Assembly (NCBI GenBank): GCA_049454855.1
Contig: JBMUAQ010000002.1
Span: 1 to 56,224 of the forward strand
Source: Ilumatobacteraceae bacterium
GTDB taxonomy: Bacteria; Actinomycetota; Acidimicrobiia; Acidimicrobiales; Ilumatobacteraceae
Reading direction: 5' to 3'
Length of the DNA: 56,224 nucleotides
Position 1 is the stretch's first letter. Every line of letters begins with the position of its first letter. Below are positions 35,920 to 43,612 of this stretch, piece by piece. The translations under genes and the position numbers were made by a program. The notes under the pieces are model-generated. The model was not told the DNA's origin and did no database searches. It saw only the letters and a list, made by a program, of their open reading frames with translations.

Positions 35920-36504
35920 GTGTCCGACGAACGATTCGGCGTGGTGGCTGCCGGCTTCTCCGGCGACACCGCAACCGCCCGCGCCGCCCTCGTGCACGAC
36001 GACGGCGCCGTCCGCGCGAGTGCGCTGCGCGCACTGGCAAGGGCGGGCGACCTTGCGCCGCATGAACTCACAGCCGCCACCGCTGACCCAGAGGCCACGG
36101 TGCGCAGGACCGCCGCCGAGCTCGCCGCCCGGGTGGCCGGCGTGGAGGTGGCGCACATGATCGGTGACGCCGACGTGTACGTGGCGGAGATGGCGGCATG
36201 GGCACTGGGCGAGCGTCCCTCGCCCGCCGACCACGAGATTGATGCGCTCGTGCACGCCGCCACACAGCACGGACAACCGCTGGTCCGTGAGGCGGCAGCC
36301 GCGGCACTCGGCGCAACCGGTGACCCGCGCGGCCTCGACGCGATCATCGCGGCGTGTTCCGACAGACCGGCGGTGCGCCGGAGGGCGGTGCTTGCCCTCG
36401 CGCACTTCGACGGCCCGCGCGTGGACGAGGTGCTGCGGGCCGCCCTGGACGACCGCGACTGGCAGGTGCGTCAGAACGCCGAGGACATGCTCAACCCGCG
36501 TTGA
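35920..36504 (+). CDS. HEAT-repeat protein
   Basis: GTG 35920. Repeated D..VR..AA.AL units (DGAVRASALRAL, EATVRRTAAELA, QPLVREAAAAALG, RPAVRRRAVLALA, DWQVRQNAEDML). Confidence 0.7.
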   Translation: MSDERFGVVAAGFSGDTATARAALVHDDGAVRASALRALARAGDLAPHELTAATADPEATVRRTAAELAARVAGVEVAHMIGDADVYVAEMAAWALGERPSPADHEIDALVHAATQHGQPLVREAAAAALGATGDPRGLDAIIAACSDRPAVRRRAVLALAHFDGPRVDEVLRAALDDRDWQVRQNAEDMLNPR

Positions 36505-37129
36505 GAACGGTCGCCCTGCGGAGCGACTCGCACTCATCGGCAACCGAGCACCCCGGCATGTGGTCGTTCACGAGCCCCATCGACTGCATGAACGAATAAA
36601 CGGTTGTCGGCCCCACGAACCTCCATCCGCGGCGACGGAGATCCTTCGACAGTGCCGTCGCGGCGGGGGACGTTGTGTTCAGCCGCGCCGGGTCGGGAGG
36701 GCCGTCGATGCGGCCGTGCGGTGAATCGAGTGCGAACGCCCACACGTGCCGGGCCAGGTCGATGCCGTCATCGCGCATCCGCGCGGCGCACCGTGCGTTG
36801 TTGATGGTGGCCTCGATCTTCCCGCGGTGGCGGATGATGCCCGCATCACCGAGGAGACGCTCCACGTCGTCGTCGCCCATCCGCGCGACGGCGTCGATGC
36901 CGAAGCCGTCGAACACCTCACGGAACCGCTCGCGCTTGCGCAGCACGGTGATCCACGCGAGACCCGACTGGAACCCCTCGAGACAGATCTTCTCGAACAA
37001 CCGGTCGGCGTCGGTGACGGGACGCCCCCACTCGGTGTCGTGGTACGCGACATACAGCGGGTCGCTGCCGCACCACCAGCACCGTGCGGTGCCGGCGTCG
37101 TCGACCGTGAGAAGGTCGTGGTTGCTCAG
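36491..37129 (-). CDS. tag: DNA-3-methyladenine glycosylase I (Tag). Start uncertain: CTG inferred.
   Basis: The track ORF starts at TTG 37000, but the conserved Tag N-terminus (RCWWCGSDPLYVAYHDTEWGRPVTDADRLFEKICLEGFQSGLAW) continues in frame upstream. That upstream frame holds no ATG, GTG or TTG before its stop. A CTG at 37129-37127 overlaps the stop of the upstream mini-ORF. Confidence 0.8.
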   Translation of the reverse strand: MSNHDLLTVDDAGTARCWWCGSDPLYVAYHDTEWGRPVTDADRLFEKICLEGFQSGLAWITVLRKRERFREVFDGFGIDAVARMGDDDVERLLGDAGIIRHRGKIEATINNARCAARMRDDGIDLARHVWAFALDSPHGRIDGPPDPARLNTTSPAATALSKDLRRRGWRFVGPTTVYSFMQSMGLVNDHMPGCSVADECESLRRATVLNAG

Positions 37130-37293
37130 TAGCGGCCGAGGATCGTCTTCAGGAACGACCTCGGGGCTCCGTCGGAGTCGTGGCCCTGGCAGCGCTGGTC
37201 GACCGGAACATCGCCGAGCACCTGCTCGATGTGCTCACCGCACCCCGCATACGTGGGCTTCTCACAGATATCGCATGTCACTCGTCTACACAT
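37126..37293 (-). CDS. Cys-rich mini-protein (55 aa; could be 74 aa if it starts at 37350)
   Basis: MCRRVTCDICEKPTYAGCGEHIEQVLGDVPVDQRCQGH.. with CxxC...C..H...C..H spacing, which is zinc-ribbon-like. Its stop TGA (37128-37126) overlaps the putative tag start. Confidence 0.5.
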   Translation of the reverse strand: MCRRVTCDICEKPTYAGCGEHIEQVLGDVPVDQRCQGHDSDGAPRSFLKTILGRY

Positions 37294-37333
37294 ACCCCTG
37301 AGGGTATCACCCGCGAGTCCGGCCGGAACCACG

Positions 37334-38911
37334 ATGATTGGTCGCTGCAAGGAACAGGTCTACGGTGGACCCGTGACTACCGAATCCATGGTCCCCGGCT
37401 TCACCAACAAACGGTTGTTCGCCGTGCTCGGCGCCCTGGCGGCCGCCACCATGCTGGCCTCGCTCGAGACCTCGATCATCGCCACCGCTCTCCCCACCAT
37501 CGTGGGCGAGTTCAACTCGTTCGAGAGTTTCGCGTGGGTGGGCACCGCGTACATCGTCACCTCCGCCATCGGCACACCGCTGCTCGGGAAACTCTCCGAC
37601 ATCTACGGACGCCGCCTCATCTTCCAGACGACGATGTTCACGTTCCTCGTCGGGTCGTTCCTGTGCGGGGCTGCGCAGTCGATGGGTCAGTTGATCGCGG
37701 CGAGGGCCTTCCAGGGTCTCGGCGGTGGCGGCATCCAGGCGCTCGCGTTCGCGGTGATGGGAGACATCCTCCCGCCGCGCGAACGCGGCCGCTACATCGG
37801 GTACTTCACGCTCGCCTTCGTCGGTTCGGCGCTGCTCGGACCCGTGATCGGCGGATTCATCATCGAGCACTTCTCCTGGCCGTGGATCTTCTGGATCAAC
37901 GTGCCGCTCATCCTCGTGATCGGCACGGTCACGCACTTCGCACTGCGGCTGCCCTTCAAGCGCCGCGAGGCACGCCTCGACTACGCCGGTGCCGTGCTGC
38001 TGTCGGTGGCCATCGGCTCGATGATGATCGGCCTCGAGAACGGCCGGCACGGCTGGGTGCGTCCCGAGGTGCTCGTGCTCTTCGCCGTGAGTGCGGTGAC
38101 CCTCCCCGTGTTCGTGCTTGTCGAGCGTCGCGCGGGCGAACCGATGATCCCGCTGCACCTGTTCGGCAACAAGGTGGTGTTCCGTGCCTCGATGCTGGGG
38201 CTGTGCGCCGGTGTGGTGTCGTACGGCGCGGGCGGGTTCCTGAACCTCTACTTCCAGGACTCCCAGTTCGTGTCACCCACGGAGTCGGGACTGCGCACGA
38301 TCCCCCAGATGATCGGAGTCACCGCCGCAACATTCGGCATCGGCAGGTTGATCGCCCGCACCGGCAGGTACAAGCTCTACCCCGTCGTCGGGTGCTCGCT
38401 CGCCACTGCCGGCCTGTACGGGGTGTCGCTCATCTCGGGCACCACGGGCTACTCGTTCCTCATCATCCCCATGGTGTTCATGGGCTTCGGAACGGCGTCG
38501 GTGTTCACCACCACCTCGATCTCGGGCCAGAACGCCGTGGAGTTCCACGACATGGGCGTCACCACGTCGATGCTGATGTTCTTCCGCTCGTTCGGTGGTT
38601 CGGTCGGCCTCGCGGTGTTCGGCACCATCCTGAACTCCACCATCAGGGCCGACATCCCGGCACGCACCGGCATCCCCGCCGACGAGGCTGCCGACATCAT
38701 CCGCTCGCCGAAGGAGATCGCCGCGCTCCCGGAGGCGACGCGCCAGGCCGTGGTGGATGCCGTGGCGAACGGCGTGGGCCGCATCTACTTCTGGTGCGCT
38801 GTGGTGATGCTCGCCGGTGTCGCGATCGCGTTGTGGCTGCCGGAGATCCCGCTGCGTTCCCGCGCCGGCCTCTCCGACGCCCTCGAGGAGTCGCGCACCG
38901 TCAGCGAGTGA
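37334..38911 (+). CDS. MFS transporter, 14-TM DHA2-like drug:H+ antiporter type
   Basis: Motifs LETSIIATALPTI, GKLSDIYGRRLIF (motif A-like), AARAFQGLGGGG. Alternative starts at 37373 (GTG) or 37388 (ATG). Confidence 0.85.
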   Translation: MIGRCKEQVYGGPVTTESMVPGFTNKRLFAVLGALAAATMLASLETSIIATALPTIVGEFNSFESFAWVGTAYIVTSAIGTPLLGKLSDIYGRRLIFQTTMFTFLVGSFLCGAAQSMGQLIAARAFQGLGGGGIQALAFAVMGDILPPRERGRYIGYFTLAFVGSALLGPVIGGFIIEHFSWPWIFWINVPLILVIGTVTHFALRLPFKRREARLDYAGAVLLSVAIGSMMIGLENGRHGWVRPEVLVLFAVSAVTLPVFVLVERRAGEPMIPLHLFGNKVVFRASMLGLCAGVVSYGAGGFLNLYFQDSQFVSPTESGLRTIPQMIGVTAATFGIGRLIARTGRYKLYPVVGCSLATAGLYGVSLISGTTGYSFLIIPMVFMGFGTASVFTTTSISGQNAVEFHDMGVTTSMLMFFRSFGGSVGLAVFGTILNSTIRADIPARTGIPADEAADIIRSPKEIAALPEATRQAVVDAVANGVGRIYFWCAVVMLAGVAIALWLPEIPLRSRAGLSDALEESRTVSE

Positions 38912-39206
38912 ACGCCCTCGAATGGGTCTCCTCGGCGACCTGCACCGACCACTGCTCGTAGAAATCCTCGCTGCCCCTGCGCTGTGCATCACCGTGGCGC
39001 GGATGGTCGCGCCAGGCATCGTGGGATGCGCGGTCGGCGAACGTGACGATGGTGACGCGTTCGCCGTCCTCGGCGACAAACGTCTTTGCGTCGACGAATC
39101 CGGGCATCGCACGCGCAAGCTCGCTCATCTCCGTTGCCATCGGCGCGTATTCCGCGCGCGCCCCCTCGCGGAGACGGTTGCGGAAGACGGTGACGATGCG
39201 TGCCAT
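38901..39206 (-). CDS. Antibiotic-biosynthesis-monooxygenase (ABM) domain protein
   Basis: Trimmed to ATG (complement of 39204-39206). Sequence MARIVTVFRNRLREG..PGFVDAKTFVAEDGERVTIVTFADRASHDAWR. Confidence 0.75.
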   Translation of the reverse strand: MARIVTVFRNRLREGARAEYAPMATEMSELARAMPGFVDAKTFVAEDGERVTIVTFADRASHDAWRDHPRHGDAQRRGSEDFYEQWSVQVAEETHSRAFTR

Positions 39207-39238
39207 CGCCCGATTCTGCCAGCAGGTATCGTGCCCGC

Positions 39239-39685
39239 ATGACACGCATCGAGGGTGAGTACGTACCGAGCACATCGCAGTGGGTGCGCGACCAGGTCGA
39301 CCTTTACGAGAGAACCGGCGGCCGCGAGGGTTCCACCCTCCTCGACACCGGCATGCCCGTCATCATCGTCACCATGCGCGGAGTGAAGAGCGGTGCGGTG
39401 CGCAAGATTGCACTGATGCGCGTGGAGCACGGCGGCTCGTACGCCCTGGTCGCATCCAAGGGCGGGGCACCCGACAACCCCGACTGGTACGCGAACGTGC
39501 TCGCCAACCCCGACGAGGTCACGGTGCAGGACGGACCGGAACCGTTCTCGGTGCACGTCCGCGAGATCGACGGAGCGGAGTACGACGATTGGTGGCAGCG
39601 CAGCGTTGCGGTGTTCCCGCGCTACGACGATTATCGAAGCAAGACCTCGCGCCGCATCCCGTTGCTGCTCGCCGAACCGGTGTGA
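39239..39685 (+). CDS. Deazaflavin (F420)-dependent nitroreductase-family oxidoreductase (Ddn-like)
   Basis: Trimmed to ATG 39239. Motifs IVTMRGVKSGAVRKIALM, ASKGGAPDNPDWYANV, RRIPLLLAEP. Confidence 0.85.
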   Translation: MTRIEGEYVPSTSQWVRDQVDLYERTGGREGSTLLDTGMPVIIVTMRGVKSGAVRKIALMRVEHGGSYALVASKGGAPDNPDWYANVLANPDEVTVQDGPEPFSVHVREIDGAEYDDWWQRSVAVFPRYDDYRSKTSRRIPLLLAEPV

Positions 39686-39688
39686 GCG

Positions 39689-40783
39689 TCACTCCTCCAC
39701 GGTGAGGGACATCAATCCGGTCAACCGGAGAGCGAGTTGCATGCCGCTGTCGAAGTCGGCCCCTGTGCGCGAGGTGACCACGACCACGGTTGTGGTGGAC
39801 GGGTCCACCATCACCACCTGACCGAACAGCCCCTCCGCGGAGAACACGGGATGGGTGTGCACCCACCAGTGCGCACCGTATGTGGAGTTCGGAACGCCGA
39901 CTGTTGCCGAGTACTCCACCCATTCCTGCGGGACCACGCGGGTGTCGTTCCACATCCCCCCGCGCGCAAAGAGATGTCCGAACCGCGCAAAGTCACGCGG
40001 AGACATGTTCAGGCCGGCGGCACCGGTCCATTCGCCGGTGAGATCGAGGTCGAAACGGGCCTCGCGGATCCCGACGGGCGCCAGCACGTTGTCACGCACG
40101 AACCGTTCCAGGGCGCCCTGGCCGCCGAGCCTGCGCGACAGGTGTCCCGCCAGCAGCGAGGAGTCCCCGCTCGAGTACCTGAACTGCCGTCCGGGTTCGG
40201 CAACCAGTGCCTTCGTGGCAGCGAACGCTGCCGCACCGCGTGGGTCGAGGAACAGCCTCACGGGGTCCCCCGTCTCCCAGTTCTCGCCCCAGTCGAGCCC
40301 GCTCGCCATGTGCAGCAGGGCGGCCACGGTGATGCGCGAGCGCGGGTCACCGGCGGGCCACGACGGGTGCAGGGAGTCGTCCTCCAGTGAGACGATCCCC
40401 CTGTCGACGGCCACGCCCACCGCCGCGCCGAGGACGCTCTTTGCCACCGACCACGACGGAACGGCATCGGAGGTGCTCACGCCCGGTGCGGTTCGTTCGA
40501 ACACGATGCGACCGCGGTGCGCCACAACCACCGACATCACGCCAGGGGCCGGCGCATCCTGTCCGAACCATTTCTCCGACACAGCCACCAGTTCTGCCTC
40601 ACCACCGGCAGCGGCGGGCACGGGCGCCGACTCCCACTGTGCACCCGGGTACGCCACCGCCTGCACCGGCTCCATGTCGAGAGTGGGCAACGGCGACTCG
40701 CTTCCCGCGCCGCACGCGGTGAGCAACGCTGCGCACACCACCATGACCGGGCGTCGGACAGTGCGCACGTAGCATCCTCGCAT
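39689..40783 (-). CDS. Serine hydrolase (beta-lactamase/transpeptidase-like), probable lipoprotein
   Basis: SxxK motif in SWSVAKS. Lipobox LLTAC after RRPVMVVCAA. The start may instead be GTG 40768 or ATG 40744. Confidence 0.8.
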   Translation of the reverse strand: MRGCYVRTVRRPVMVVCAALLTACGAGSESPLPTLDMEPVQAVAYPGAQWESAPVPAAAGGEAELVAVSEKWFGQDAPAPGVMSVVVAHRGRIVFERTAPGVSTSDAVPSWSVAKSVLGAAVGVAVDRGIVSLEDDSLHPSWPAGDPRSRITVAALLHMASGLDWGENWETGDPVRLFLDPRGAAAFAATKALVAEPGRQFRYSSGDSSLLAGHLSRRLGGQGALERFVRDNVLAPVGIREARFDLDLTGEWTGAAGLNMSPRDFARFGHLFARGGMWNDTRVVPQEWVEYSATVGVPNSTYGAHWWVHTHPVFSAEGLFGQVVMVDPSTTTVVVVTSRTGADFDSGMQLALRLTGLMSLTVEE

Positions 40784-41477
40784 GACTGTCGTTCTTGTCC
40801 ACGGGTTCTGGCTCGGTGCGTGGGTGTGGGACACCGTGAGGCCCGCGCTCGCGGCGGCAGGGCACTCAACCGTGGCACTCACGCTGCCCGGTCTGCACCC
40901 GGAGGATGCCGACCGTGCGACCGTCAGCCTCGAGGACCACATCGCCGCGGTCGTCGGTGCGATCGACGCGGCGAACGACCCGGTGGTGCTGGTGGGTCAC
41001 TCCGCGGGCGGTGCCGTGGCTCACGCGGCGGCCGCACGCAGACCTGGTCGCGTCACACGGGTGGTTCACGTCGACACCTGGCCCGCGGCCGAGGGAAGGA
41101 GCATCGCCGCCGACCTCCCGCAGGAGAACGGTGAGATCGCGCTCCCACCATGGGAAATGTTCGACGAAGAGGACCTCGTCGACCTCGACGACTCCCTGCG
41201 TGCGGTGCTGCGCGGACGCTCGGTGCCGCAACCGGCCCGCACGGCCACAGACACCTTCACCTACTCCGGCACCGACCGGCTCTCGGTGCCGACAACGGTG
41301 ATTGCGTGCGAGTTCTCCCCCGCACAACTGCAGGAGTGGGCCGCCGGGGGCGCGCCCAACCTCGCGGAACTCGCATCCCTCACCGACCTCACCTGGATGC
41401 ACGTGCCCACCGGGCACTGGCCGATGCTCACGAGGCCCGACGAGCTCGCCGCCGCGCTGGTTGCCGCCCTCGACTAG
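40782..41477 (+). CDS. Alpha/beta hydrolase
   Basis: Starts MTVVLVHGFWLGAWVW. Nucleophile elbow VGHSAGG. C-terminal HWPML. Confidence 0.8.
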   Translation: MTVVLVHGFWLGAWVWDTVRPALAAAGHSTVALTLPGLHPEDADRATVSLEDHIAAVVGAIDAANDPVVLVGHSAGGAVAHAAAARRPGRVTRVVHVDTWPAAEGRSIAADLPQENGEIALPPWEMFDEEDLVDLDDSLRAVLRGRSVPQPARTATDTFTYSGTDRLSVPTTVIACEFSPAQLQEWAAGGAPNLAELASLTDLTWMHVPTGHWPMLTRPDELAAALVAALD

Positions 41478-41908
41478 TCGATGCTGTAGCGGTAGACGTT
41501 CGTCTCGCGCTGAACGAAACCGAGACGGCGGTACAGACGGTTCGCGGCCTCGCGCGAGGGACGGGACGTGAGTTCCACCGTGATCGCACCGCGGGCACGG
41601 GCCTCCTCGATGGCGGCCCGGTTCAGTGCCTCTCCCACGCCGTGGCCGCGTGCATCACCGTCAACCACGACATCCTCGATCCACGCGCGCACACCGGTGG
41701 GTATGGGGAACGTGGCGAGCGTGAGAGAACCCACTATCCGGCCCTCCACCCGCGCGAGGAACAGCACGCATGCCGGCGATGCCACTATTGCCTCGAGTTG
41801 CGCCCTGGTCGGGGGCGGGTTCGACGAGGAGAGCTGCGGGATGAGATGTCCGAACGCCCCGACGATCTCGTCCGTCACCTGCACAGTCCGTTCGATCGTC
41901 GCGCTCAT
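41474..41908 (-). CDS. GNAT-family N-acetyltransferase
   Basis: Trimmed to ATG (complement of 41906-41908). Contains VVVDGDARGHGVGEALNRAAIEEAR (acetyl-CoA binding motif A). Confidence 0.85.
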   Translation of the reverse strand: MSATIERTVQVTDEIVGAFGHLIPQLSSSNPPPTRAQLEAIVASPACVLFLARVEGRIVGSLTLATFPIPTGVRAWIEDVVVDGDARGHGVGEALNRAAIEEARARGAITVELTSRPSREAANRLYRRLGFVQRETNVYRYSID

Positions 41909-42000
41909 CGGGGAAACCCTGCCACACGCGGCACGCACGCTGCTGGCAACTGGTTGCGACCCGGACACCGGGCCTTGATTCGACGGTAGGTTGAGCCTCG

Positions 42001-42888
42001 ATGGGGACAACCGACCATGTGGTGTGGCACTCGCGGCCGGCGCTGCGCCGACCGGTGATCGTCGCGGCGTTCCAGGGATGGAACGACGCAGCCGACGGCG
42101 CCAGCACCGCGGTGCGCACCCTCGTCGAGGCGTGGCAGGCCCAACCGCTCGCCGACATCGACCCCGAGGACTTCACCGATTTCGCCACCATCCGTCCGTC
42201 GGTGCGCCTGCGCGGTGCGAACCGGCGCGACATCGTGTGGCCGAAGGTGTCGATGTGGCACGCCAGCACACCGGGCTCCGACGTGATCCTGTTGCTCGGC
42301 CCCGAGCCGAGCCTGCGGTGGAGGCTCTTCACCGAACAGGTGGTGGGCGTGGCCGAGGAGTTCGACTGCTCGATGGTCATCACTCTCGGTGCCCTCATCG
42401 CCGACATCTCGCACACGCGGGTGCCGCGCGTGATGGGCACATCGTCGGATGACACCATGATCGAGCGGTTCGACGTGCAGAAGCCCCAGTACGAGGGCCC
42501 CACCGGCATCATCGGCGTGCTGCACGATGCATGCACCCACTCCTCCATCCCCGCCGTGTCGCTGTGGGCAACCGTGCCCGCGTATGCCTCGCAGATCCCC
42601 TCCCCGAAGGCCGCCAACGCGCTCATCCAGCGCACAGGCGAGATCATCGGCACGCCACCGCCGCTCGGCGCCCTGCACAACGACGTCGTCGAGTACGACG
42701 AGCAGGTGCAGGAGATGGTCGACAGCGACGAGGACCTCGCCGAGTACGTACGGCGTCTCGAGGAGCTCGGCGACGATGCCGGGATGTCGCGCAACCAGCT
42801 CGAGTTCGAGTTCGACGGTGATTCGGAGGACGGCAGCTCGCTGGTGGACGAGGTCGAGCGATTCCTGCGCGACCAGGACGGCAAGTAG
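42001..42888 (+). CDS. PAC2 (proteasome assembly chaperone-like) family protein
   Basis: Motifs VIVAAFQGWNDAADGAS, LLLGPEPSLRW, YEGPTGIIGVL, and an acidic C-terminal tail. Confidence 0.8.
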   Translation: MGTTDHVVWHSRPALRRPVIVAAFQGWNDAADGASTAVRTLVEAWQAQPLADIDPEDFTDFATIRPSVRLRGANRRDIVWPKVSMWHASTPGSDVILLLGPEPSLRWRLFTEQVVGVAEEFDCSMVITLGALIADISHTRVPRVMGTSSDDTMIERFDVQKPQYEGPTGIIGVLHDACTHSSIPAVSLWATVPAYASQIPSPKAANALIQRTGEIIGTPPPLGALHNDVVEYDEQVQEMVDSDEDLAEYVRRLEELGDDAGMSRNQLEFEFDGDSEDGSSLVDEVERFLRDQDGK

Positions 42889-42898
42889 CAGCCGGTCG

Positions 42899-43603
42899 TC
42901 AGTGCGCGGCGTCGCCGCGCCAGGTTCTCCCGCGAGGGGGGTCATACGTGGCAGGAGACGTCTCACCGGCAATCGCCGCGAACGCCATGTCGGCCCACCA
43001 CTGCGCACCCGCTGTCGGGTGCGGCAGCGCATCGGCAGCGAACCAGCCCACGTCACCGGTCTCGAGCGGGTGACCCTGCAGTTCACCGCCGGTGGCACGC
43101 AGATGGAAGAGCAGCATGTACATGCCGAAACGTGAGAACCCCATGCGCATCCCGTCGACCACACCGAGGAGTGCCACCGGCTCGGCGATGATCCCTGTCT
43201 CCTCCTCCACCTCCTTCATCGCCACCTCGGCGGCCGAGTAGCCCACGTCGGCCCAGCCGGTGGGGTACAGCCACACGCCGCTCTCCCGCCTCTGCACGAG
43301 CAGGATCTCGCCGCGCTCGTTGCCGACGATGCAGCCCACAGCCACCTTCGGTGTGACGTACCCGGGCACACCCTCCCCCACGTTCTCCATCCACTCCTGC
43401 ACGAAGTGGTCCTGTTCACGGCGCACCTCGAGCGCATCATCTGCAGCGGCCTTGATGTCGGCGGCGACCTTCAGCACCTCCTCGTAACGCTCCTTCTCGT
43501 ACAGGCTCTGGGTGAAACCCATGCCGGTGCGGGCGATGGCGGCGAGCGTCTCGCTCCAGCGCACGAGGTCCCTCGTGAAATCGGCGGGAGAGGCGTCGGG
43601 CAC
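42899..43603 (-). CDS. NUDIX hydrolase with an N-terminal helical domain
   Basis: GTG start. Nudix box GWADVGYSAAEVAMKEVEEETGI. Lies 9 nt downstream of the glnD stop. Confidence 0.8.
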   Translation of the reverse strand: MPDASPADFTRDLVRWSETLAAIARTGMGFTQSLYEKERYEEVLKVAADIKAAADDALEVRREQDHFVQEWMENVGEGVPGYVTPKVAVGCIVGNERGEILLVQRRESGVWLYPTGWADVGYSAAEVAMKEVEEETGIIAEPVALLGVVDGMRMGFSRFGMYMLLFHLRATGGELQGHPLETGDVGWFAADALPHPTAGAQWWADMAFAAIAGETSPATYDPPRGRTWRGDAAH

Positions 43604-43612
43604 GCCCGCACC

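Noticed and set aside
40781-40784. Divergent genes whose ATG codons overlap on opposite strands (CATG)
   Set aside because: This is probably an annotation artefact of taking the longest ORF. The serine hydrolase has better lipoprotein-signal starts at GTG 40768 or ATG 40744, which restores a short divergent promoter region.
41661-43164. Two roughly 410-aa minus-strand ORFs over the PAC2 gene
   Set aside because: They are antisense to a well-formed PAC2-family ORF and have no recognisable domains.
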